Part shown: piece after piece, positions 8,336 to 14,920 of the stretch
How the letters are laid out: every line of letters starts with the position of its first letter
Numbering within the stretch: position 1 is the stretch's first letter
NCBI GenBank assembly: GCA_035285545.1
Contig: JAYKGY010000020.1
Location: 1-28,649 of the forward strand
Length of the DNA: 28,649 nucleotides
Source: Snowella sp.
GTDB taxonomy: Bacteria; Cyanobacteriota; Cyanobacteriia; Cyanobacteriales; Microcystaceae
Direction: 5' to 3'
Notes under the pieces: generated by a model
The model's database searches: none
Seen by the model: only the letters and a program-made list of their open reading frames with translations
Told to the model about the DNA's origin: nothing
Made by a program: the position numbers and the translations under genes

Positions 8336-10393
8336 CTACGTTGATTTTTTCTTGCGATTGCTACGGCGGGTTTTCGGAACAACAATTTCGTCTTGATTAT
8401 TGTTATCGCTCATTTTAGGGACAGAAGCCTCTCCAAAAATAGGGATTGTAAAATGGAATTGGCTACCAAAGTTTTTCCCTTCCGATTCTGCCCAAATTTC
8501 TCCCCCCCAACCATTGACAATTTGCCGACAAATCGCTAAACCGAGTCCTGTTCCCCCTTTGCTCCGACGTAAGGCTCCTTCCTCTTGATAAAAGCGATCA
8601 AAAACGGTTTCTAAGCGATTCGGTTCAATGCCTCGCCCCGTATCCGATACGGTCACTTCTAGTTGGTTGGGTTTGCGGCGTTGGTCGGCTGTTTCAACGG
8701 TAGAACCGACTGCGATCGCGATTTCACCATCGGGGCTGGTAAACTTAACCGCATTGTCTAAAAGTTTCGTTAATAGCTCGACTAACCATTCTCCATCCGC
8801 TTGTACTAAGGGAACCTGTTCAGAAACCCGATTAATAATTTTGGGCAAGGGATTATTGCGATTATGGGCGCGGATATGACTGAGGGAGAGTTCGACGCAT
8901 TCATTGAGGGAGAGGGGTTCGGCATTCCAATCAATCCGTCCGCCTTCGAGTTGGGAAAGGGTAAGAAAATCTTGCACCAGTTTCCGCATCCGTTCTGCAT
9001 CGGCTAAGGCGGTATTGAGCATGACTTGCCGTAATTCCTGGGGCATATCCGGTTCACTGGCCAGACTTTCTAGGCAAACTTGGATCGTAGACAGGGGGGT
9101 TCGCAGTTCGTGGCCCGTAATAGCCACTAGGTTAGAACGGGTACGGTCAAGGGCAGCGAGTTGTTCATTTAATTCCTGTAAATTGGCGTAGGCTTCGGCC
9201 TGGATCAGGGCAACTCCAATTTGAGTAGCGATCGCGTCTACTAGCATGACATCTTCACTTTTCCAGACCGTCGGAGCCGGGCCACAATGGTGTAATTCCA
9301 TCATTCCTAACAGGCGATCACGGTAAAAAATGGGGACTAATAGCCAGGAGAAAATCGAGCAACTTTTCACCAGATCGTATAAAGGCGTTTCCTGAGAATT
9401 AGCCGCAGAATCCCTTAGTAAACGCGGATCTTTTAAGGCATCATCAATCTGAAGGGCATCTCGTAACTCCACCACTTCTTGAAATAGGGGGTTGCCTTTT
9501 AAGGGCCAGGCTTTGCCTTTGACGGAACTAATGCCCGCATTTAAAAATTCATGCTTAATGGCGGCGGATAGGTCACTTTCTTGGCACCGATACACCAAAC
9601 AGCGACAAACCCCTAATCCTTCTCCGAGTTTCTCCACCGTGATTTGCAAAATTTCATCGGGGTCTAGCGATCGCCGAATGGCAGTGGTCACCGAATTAAT
9701 TAAGCGTTCCTTTTGCTCTTTAACCGAAAGAAACCGATTGGCCTTGATCAGTTTATATTGACCTGCCTGTAAGTAAGTAATCAGACGTTGGACAAAGGGA
9801 TCGGGATTATTTAGCGGCGAATCGGGAGATAACACTTTGCGGGCTTTTTCTTCCACTCTTAAATATTTTTTCTGAGTGACCTTAATTTTGGCTGCTAACT
9901 CAGGACGATATTCTAAAATTTTTTTCAAAAGAATTTCTGCTGCGGCTTGGCTCACCTGACGATCAAATGTCCAAATTCCTTCAAATCGTCGGTTATTATC
10001 CACCCCCGTGCTAGAAAGCCGTTCTCGACAAATCAAACAACTGGAATAGCTATTGCCGATAACGACTAAATGCCACTCTTGACTTAAGCTATCATCTGGC
10101 GTAAAAGCAATGGTTTCGTAGGCACCCGAACTATTTTTAAACTCAGTCTCAGGAGCCGCTAAAACATAAACATGGGGCGTAACTTTAGCAATGCGTTGAT
10201 ATCGATTCGCCTCTTGTCGATAAAATCGTTCCTGTTGAAAACTGGCAATAATGAGGGAATGCTCCGTATCCGCAAGTACTTGATCTTCCATCGCATGGGA
10301 TAGAGCTGTCAGGGAGGATTTAAAGTACATTTGCGGCCGCCACTGGGGGAAAAGCTGCAATAGTTCTGTGACAACGGAGGTAGAGATACTCAT
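8336..10393 (-). CDS. Sensor histidine kinase with DICT, GAF, HisKA and HATPase domains
   Basis: DICT-like N-terminus (YFKSSLTALSHAMED, LSQEWHLVV, RFEGIWTFD); GAF (IRRSLDPDEIL...LLVPIFYRDRLLGMMELHHC); H-box GHELRTPL, N-box LLDNAVKF, G1 DTGRGI, G2 GGTGLGL; no TM segment. Confidence 0.9.
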   Translation of the reverse strand: MSISTSVVTELLQLFPQWRPQMYFKSSLTALSHAMEDQVLADTEHSLIIASFQQERFYRQEANRYQRIAKVTPHVYVLAAPETEFKNSSGAYETIAFTPDDSLSQEWHLVVIGNSYSSCLICRERLSSTGVDNNRRFEGIWTFDRQVSQAAAEILLKKILEYRPELAAKIKVTQKKYLRVEEKARKVLSPDSPLNNPDPFVQRLITYLQAGQYKLIKANRFLSVKEQKERLINSVTTAIRRSLDPDEILQITVEKLGEGLGVCRCLVYRCQESDLSAAIKHEFLNAGISSVKGKAWPLKGNPLFQEVVELRDALQIDDALKDPRLLRDSAANSQETPLYDLVKSCSIFSWLLVPIFYRDRLLGMMELHHCGPAPTVWKSEDVMLVDAIATQIGVALIQAEAYANLQELNEQLAALDRTRSNLVAITGHELRTPLSTIQVCLESLASEPDMPQELRQVMLNTALADAERMRKLVQDFLTLSQLEGGRIDWNAEPLSLNECVELSLSHIRAHNRNNPLPKIINRVSEQVPLVQADGEWLVELLTKLLDNAVKFTSPDGEIAIAVGSTVETADQRRKPNQLEVTVSDTGRGIEPNRLETVFDRFYQEEGALRRSKGGTGLGLAICRQIVNGWGGEIWAESEGKNFGSQFHFTIPIFGEASVPKMSDNNNQDEIVVPKTRRSNRKKKST

Positions 10394-10607
10394 TGCTCCT
10401 GCTTTTGGAGATGTTTTCGGAACATAAAAATTGGCCTAACTAACAGGATAGCAGTCTGGATAATCACGACTTCAAAACTGAGGGTTAAGTCACTTGATCC
10501 CTATTCTATAAAAACCGTTCATTTTTTAAACCGTTCTTACAAATGTTTATCTGAGATAGCCTCACTTTGCCTGATTTTCCTCCTCATGCGGGTTACGTAT
10601 CAATGGG

Positions 10608-11852
10608 CTAAGAATGCATGACTTTATGGTCAGGATTAATGAGTTGTATAAATTTTTGCTTAATTTGGCTTTCAAAAACTTCCCATTTGAGTTTGGTATA
10701 TTCCGCATCTTGATTAGACCCACTTAAAAAGCCGACGGGAATTTCAAAGCCCCCTGCCATATCTCGCCCCCCTCCGTAGTAACGCCCTTGGTTATCTTGC
10801 CCTAAAGTTTCTTTGAGAAAATCATCGGGATCGAGGGTTAATTTGTTGGTTCTTAAAGAGCCAATAACCAGTTCAATATCATTGGCATTATCGTGAACAA
10901 TACCGTAGACGATCGCCGTATGGACATTTTCTTCAGTAACCAGAAAGTCAGCCGCCTGGGGAATGGCATCTCGGTCTTCATAGCGAAGGTATCCTACGCC
11001 GGCAATGGAAAAATTATTTTGGATACTCCGATTTTTTAGCGATCGCTCAATCACTTCCATGACACGGCGAGAACGGGCTGACTGGAGAACGGAATTTAAC
11101 AACTGGGGATCATAAATGCGGCTTAAATAGGACGCTGCTAAAAAATCTGCTTCTTGAGCCTGAAGTAGATTAATGGTGTCAGAACGAATCCCATGCATCA
11201 AAGAAGTCGCACATTTCACATGGGTTTGATTGGCATTATTAAAGTCTAATAAACCCGCCTGGAGATATTGGGTCAAAATGGTGGCCGTTGCCCGCATATT
11301 AGGGCGAATATCAATAAATTCGGCTTGAATTTCCTCCTGCTTACAGTGATGATCAATCACGACCAAAATGGGAATATTGGCTTGCTTCACTAAGGGCATA
11401 AGCTGGCTATTCGTTCCCTGGCTATCCATGAGGACACAACCTTGGTAGAAAGAGAGGTCTCGATCCTTGAGGGTTTGTACCCCCCACCGCTTCGCCGGCA
11501 ATCCCGTTAATTTCACCAAGGCAATATTTTCTTGATGGGACAGAGTACCCGCATAGACAATATCACATTGAATACCGTATTGTTCTGCAATCAACTGATA
11601 GGCCCAAGCACTAGAAAGAGCATCAGGATCGGGGAAATCTTGAATCACGACGATATGTTTTTCTTCTCGGTGCCGTTCTAAAAGCTGCTGGAATTTATCT
11701 AAGAGGTAAGGAACCGAAGGATAGGGGCCGCCATTGCCGTTACAGGGAATTCCCGTCGGCGTTTCTCCGATTAAGTCAAAATTAGCAGGCTCACTGACCA
11801 AATCCGTTTCTAAAATATTCGGTGCGAGGGGAACGAGTAAATCTGAATTCAT
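10608..11852 (-). CDS. DHH family phosphoesterase (NrnA-like)
   Basis: QDFPDPDALSS, VIDHH, GIRSDT and C-terminal YGGGR...AGG motifs. Confidence 0.88.
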   Translation of the reverse strand: MNSDLLVPLAPNILETDLVSEPANFDLIGETPTGIPCNGNGGPYPSVPYLLDKFQQLLERHREEKHIVVIQDFPDPDALSSAWAYQLIAEQYGIQCDIVYAGTLSHQENIALVKLTGLPAKRWGVQTLKDRDLSFYQGCVLMDSQGTNSQLMPLVKQANIPILVVIDHHCKQEEIQAEFIDIRPNMRATATILTQYLQAGLLDFNNANQTHVKCATSLMHGIRSDTINLLQAQEADFLAASYLSRIYDPQLLNSVLQSARSRRVMEVIERSLKNRSIQNNFSIAGVGYLRYEDRDAIPQAADFLVTEENVHTAIVYGIVHDNANDIELVIGSLRTNKLTLDPDDFLKETLGQDNQGRYYGGGRDMAGGFEIPVGFLSGSNQDAEYTKLKWEVFESQIKQKFIQLINPDHKVMHS

Positions 11853-12081
11853 TGCTGCGAATTTATCCGAGAATTTTAAGTTTATGTGTTTTTCTAAGTG
11901 TTGAGCCTAAAAAATAGTTGCTTTCATCTAGGGCATAGGGCTAAAAACAAGCACAATAGGGCATTTGGGCATACTTGTCTCATTATAACGGATTAATTAT
12001 CGACACGACTTGGAAGGTTATGAGATAGACAGAAGAAAAATAATTTAAACAGGCATCAAAACCCACCTAATTTGATTAACA

Positions 12082-12270
12082 TAGGACTTACGCATTCACA
12101 AAATATTGTTTCATGAATTGATCGTGCTTGGTCGTCTATCAATCAGCTTTGACGAGCCACTTGTCTCATTTTATACACAATTTGTTGATTCATGAAATTT
12201 TTAGAGATGACTCAAATGGCATAATTCCGTTGATGCATATTATGGCTAAGTACACAGTGCGTAACTTCTA
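12082..12270. mobile_element. MITE-like non-autonomous element (~189 bp)
   Basis: TAGGACTTACGCA (12082-12094) and TGCGTAACTTCTA (12258-12270) form an 11/13 inverted repeat; I recall AGGACTTACGCA as a common cyanobacterial IS/MITE end; no internal ORF. Confidence 0.65.
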
Positions 12271-12315
12271 CGATAAATCATCAATAAGATATTCATCTTA
12301 AGTCCTAAACCAAAA

Positions 12316-12366
12316 AGCGATCGCCTAACGGAAAAATTGCAACAATTAGGGATTGAGATAGATTAG
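12316..12366 (+). pseudogene. 3'-terminal remnant of a Uma2-type gene
   Basis: Reads SDRLTEKLQQLGIEID*, versus ADRLAEKLRQLGIEVD* at the end of the downstream Uma2 gene; 41/48 nt identical to 13143-13190. Confidence 0.8.
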
Positions 12367-12395
12367 AAACATTCTGTATTTTCCTCCTAACGCCG

Positions 12396-13190
12396 ATGAC
12401 AACCACCACTGAACAGCGATCGCCGACTCTAGTAGCTTCTCCCCCCTCTGAAACGTCAGAAACCCCTGAAATTTTTTACCCCAGTTCCGACAGAGAACCC
12501 TTGGCCGAAACCCATCAGCACGTCCTCGCTATTTTAATGACCCTCGGTTTACTGCGCTTGTATCTACAAGATCAGCCCGCCGTTGTCTTTGCCGATCAAT
12601 TTTTCTATTACATCGAGAACAATCCCAAAGCGCGGGTAGCTCCCGATGTGATGGTGATATTTGATATTCCCAAAAAGCTCTACGGTAATTACAAACTCTG
12701 GGAAGGAAAACAAACGCCAGCGATTATTTTTGAAGTCACTTCCGCAGGCACCAAAGAAACAGATTGGGGTTTCAAAAAAACACTCTATGAACAGTTAGGA
12801 GTCACCGAATATTGGTTATTTGATCCCTATGGGGAATGGATAACCGAACAACTACAGGGTTATCGGCTAAATGAGGAGGGAGTGTATAAGCCAATAACAG
12901 ATAGTTGCAGTCAGGTATTGCAATTAAGATTACAAGCCGAGGAGTATTTAATCAGTTTTTATCGGTTGGATAATGGAGAGAAATTATTAACCCCAGAGGA
13001 GTTATTTTTAGCGGCTCAGGAGGCAAATCAACGAGCGGAACAGGAGAAAGTCAAAGCAGAGGAGGCTAAATTATTGGCTGAAGAGGCTCAGTTAATGGCT
13101 GAAGAAGCTCAATCACTAGCTCAACAGGAAAAGGCTAGGGCTGATCGCCTGGCGGAAAAATTACGGCAATTAGGCATTGAGGTAGATTAG
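12396..13190 (+). CDS. Uma2 family (PD-(D/E)XK) putative endonuclease with C-terminal coiled coil
   Basis: YPSSDREPLAET, VAPDVMVIF, IFEVTSAGT, LGVTEYWLFDP motifs; Ala/Glu-rich tail. Confidence 0.9.
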   Translation: MTTTTEQRSPTLVASPPSETSETPEIFYPSSDREPLAETHQHVLAILMTLGLLRLYLQDQPAVVFADQFFYYIENNPKARVAPDVMVIFDIPKKLYGNYKLWEGKQTPAIIFEVTSAGTKETDWGFKKTLYEQLGVTEYWLFDPYGEWITEQLQGYRLNEEGVYKPITDSCSQVLQLRLQAEEYLISFYRLDNGEKLLTPEELFLAAQEANQRAEQEKVKAEEAKLLAEEAQLMAEEAQSLAQQEKARADRLAEKLRQLGIEVD

Positions 13191-13221
13191 AAAAATTTCA
13201 GACAATTTAGCACAGTAAAAC

Positions 13222-13803
13222 TTAAGAGCGAGTCGTAAACCGTTGAATTGCTTCTAGTCGGGAAGGCATCATCACACATTCCTCTAGCAGTGCAATATCT
13301 AATTTTGACAATAATTGACTGTTGGGGATTTCCTGATAGCGATCGCCGTCTAAAGAGAAAATTACTAATTTTGCATCTTGCCACATCCAAACTTCTTGAA
13401 TGCCAAGCCGTTGATATTTTGCTAATTTTTGGGAGCTACCACTGGTAACGTTAACTTCAATTGCCAAATCAGGATGCTCTTTTTTTTCTCCCAAGTAATA
13501 GGATTCATCGGGTTCAAAGGATACCGATTTTTCTTTGGATTCACGGGTGGCACTACCCACAGGGCAAAATTCAATTCCCTGAGTGAACAAATAATATTCG
13601 ATCAAAAATCCAATGAGGGTTTTAATAGATTCGTGGTATTCACCCAGGGTCATAAACTCAATTACTCCGTCTAGATAGGTAATACGCAACCCATGTGATT
13701 TCATCACCGCTTGAATCGCCTGAAAATCCTCCCAAGAATGGCGACCAGGTAAGACGAAATATTGGTTTGTAGTGGCAATAGGCGGAGAAGTGGCAAGGGT
13801 CAT
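13222..13803 (-). CDS. Uma2 family putative endonuclease
   Basis: RITYLDGVIEFM, FEPDESYY, PDLAIEVNVTS, YQRLGIQEVWMW; ATG at 13803 preferred over 13857. Confidence 0.9.
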   Translation of the reverse strand: MTLATSPPIATTNQYFVLPGRHSWEDFQAIQAVMKSHGLRITYLDGVIEFMTLGEYHESIKTLIGFLIEYYLFTQGIEFCPVGSATRESKEKSVSFEPDESYYLGEKKEHPDLAIEVNVTSGSSQKLAKYQRLGIQEVWMWQDAKLVIFSLDGDRYQEIPNSQLLSKLDIALLEECVMMPSRLEAIQRFTTRS

Positions 13804-13888
13804 GGGGACGGCTCTCTGCTTAGGTGGCAAAAATTCTACATTTTCTATCTTACTCATTCATGAAATGGATGGCGATCGCCACAAAAAG

Positions 13889-14095
13889 TTATAAGTCATT
13901 GTCAGTAAGATTAGCAATTTTTAAAAAATGTCGTAATAGTCCAGGTTTAAGGGATTGATTGCCATGAATAGGAACAGAAATTCGGGCTGGATTATTTGGT
14001 TTACCGTAAATATGGTGGCTACCGTTAATTCGTAGTAGTCGCCAGCCTTTTTTTTCTAAAATTTTTGTAAACTCTTTTCCTGAAACAGGTTTCAT
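13889..14095 (-). CDS. hicA: Type II TA toxin, HicA family
   Basis: LEKKGWRLLRINGSHHIY...ISVPIHGNQSLKPGLL with the catalytic GSH motif. Confidence 0.92.
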   Translation of the reverse strand: MKPVSGKEFTKILEKKGWRLLRINGSHHIYGKPNNPARISVPIHGNQSLKPGLLRHFLKIANLTDNDL

Positions 14096-14292
14096 ACTGC
14101 AATTTCTAGAATTTGGGATGATTCATCAAGCTGTAGCTGTTCCGTATCTACTAACAAACAACCTTCAACCGCTTCATATAAATTTTGTAAAAGTTCTTCA
14201 AAGGTATCGCCTTGGGTAGCACAACCAGGAAGAGCAGGAACTTCAGCCCAATAACCCGTTTCTTCTGTGTGAATAATAACTTGAATTTTCAT
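14092..14292 (-). CDS. hicB: Type II TA antitoxin, HicB family (short, no DNA-binding domain)
   Basis: GYWAEVPALPGCATQGDTFEELLQNLYEAVEG; ATGA overlap with hicA. Confidence 0.92.
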   Translation of the reverse strand: MKIQVIIHTEETGYWAEVPALPGCATQGDTFEELLQNLYEAVEGCLLVDTEQLQLDESSQILEIAV

Positions 14293-14358
14293 CGGTTACT
14301 GTATTCAAAGAATATTAATTTTATTATATGATAATCGCTTTTTTAATGACATCCAATA

Positions 14359-14374
14359 CAAAGCGCGATCGCTT
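14359..14374 (+). repeat. HIP1-cored boundary repeat, copy 1
   Basis: CAAAGCGCGATCGCTT, identical to 17627-17642 and 15/16 identical to 18221-18236. Confidence 0.8.
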
Positions 14375-14586
14375 TATCTAAATGCTTCAATTTGATCTAC
14401 ATAAACGTTAAATCGAAGACAGGCATAAATATCTTCTCTAAAAAGTGAAGGATATTCTTCTAAGATTTCTTCAATGGAATCTCCTGCTCCCAAAAACTCC
14501 ATAACGGTTTGTACGGAAATTCTTGTACCAGCAATAATCGGTTTTCCATTACAAATATCTGGATCAATTACGATAGAACTTGTCAT
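14374..14586 (-). CDS. DUF433 family antitoxin-like protein with atypical C-terminus
   Basis: IVIDPDICNGKPIIAGTRISV...GDSIEEILEEYPSL.REDIYACL is the DUF433 pattern; the last 11 residues look foreign. Confidence 0.85.
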   Translation of the reverse strand: MTSSIVIDPDICNGKPIIAGTRISVQTVMEFLGAGDSIEEILEEYPSLFREDIYACLRFNVYVDQIEAFR

Positions 14587-14611
14587 GTTTTTTTGAGCTA
14601 TTTTGATACAA

Positions 14612-14737
14612 TCAACCTAAACTCATTCTATCCCCTAAAATAAATTTATGATCTTTAGGTAAGCGGTTTAAAATTGGCACGTACCATTTGATTAAGTCAT
14701 AGACTTTTGGGATTGTGTTTAGTTCATTTGTGCTCAT
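14612..14737 (-). pseudogene. avd: Truncated DGR accessory variability determinant (Avd)
   Basis: 41-aa ORF below the track cutoff: MSTNELNTIPKVYDLIKWYVPILNRLPKDHKFILGDRMSLG*. It matches the N-terminus of cyanobacterial Avd proteins as I recall them (YDLIKWYVPILNRLP..HKF.LGDR); full-length Avd is over 100 aa. Confidence 0.85.
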
Positions 14738-14756
14738 TGTTTTGTGAAAAAATCCT

Positions 14757-14797
14757 GGCAAAGGGCAAAGGGGCAAAAAGGCAAAAGAGCAAGAATC
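14757..14797 (-). repeat. Pyrimidine-rich 7-8 nt tandem repeats directly after the DGR target stop codon
   Basis: Minus strand GATTCTTGCT CTTTTGCC TTTTTGCC CCTTTGCC CTTTGCC, five imperfect units. Confidence 0.85.
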
Positions 14798-14920
14798 CTA
14801 GAACGACGAAAGAATTAAGCGAAAACCGAAAGAGTCGATCCCGATATCCGCAAGGATCCAGCACCGAACCGCCGAGCGACAATCCCCCGAATAGTCTTTC
14901 CAAGAACCACCACGCAGTAC
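14798..14920 (-). other. DGR variable region (VR) at the 3' end of the KAP-CLec gene
   Basis: Invariant anchors RGGSW, CRSA.R and GFR are interleaved with codons GAC TAT GGG GAT GTT TGC TGG ATC CTT ATC GGG ATC GAC TCT TTC. All are NNY or NGG, as expected from AAY/AGG template codons mutated only at A. Confidence 0.8.

Noticed and set aside
8336..10393. Assigning a specific Hik number to the kinase
   Set aside because: Orthology cannot be established from motifs alone
14757..14797. CRISPR array or intrinsic terminator
   Set aside because: Units are 7-8 nt with no spacers, and there is no GC stem followed by a U tract
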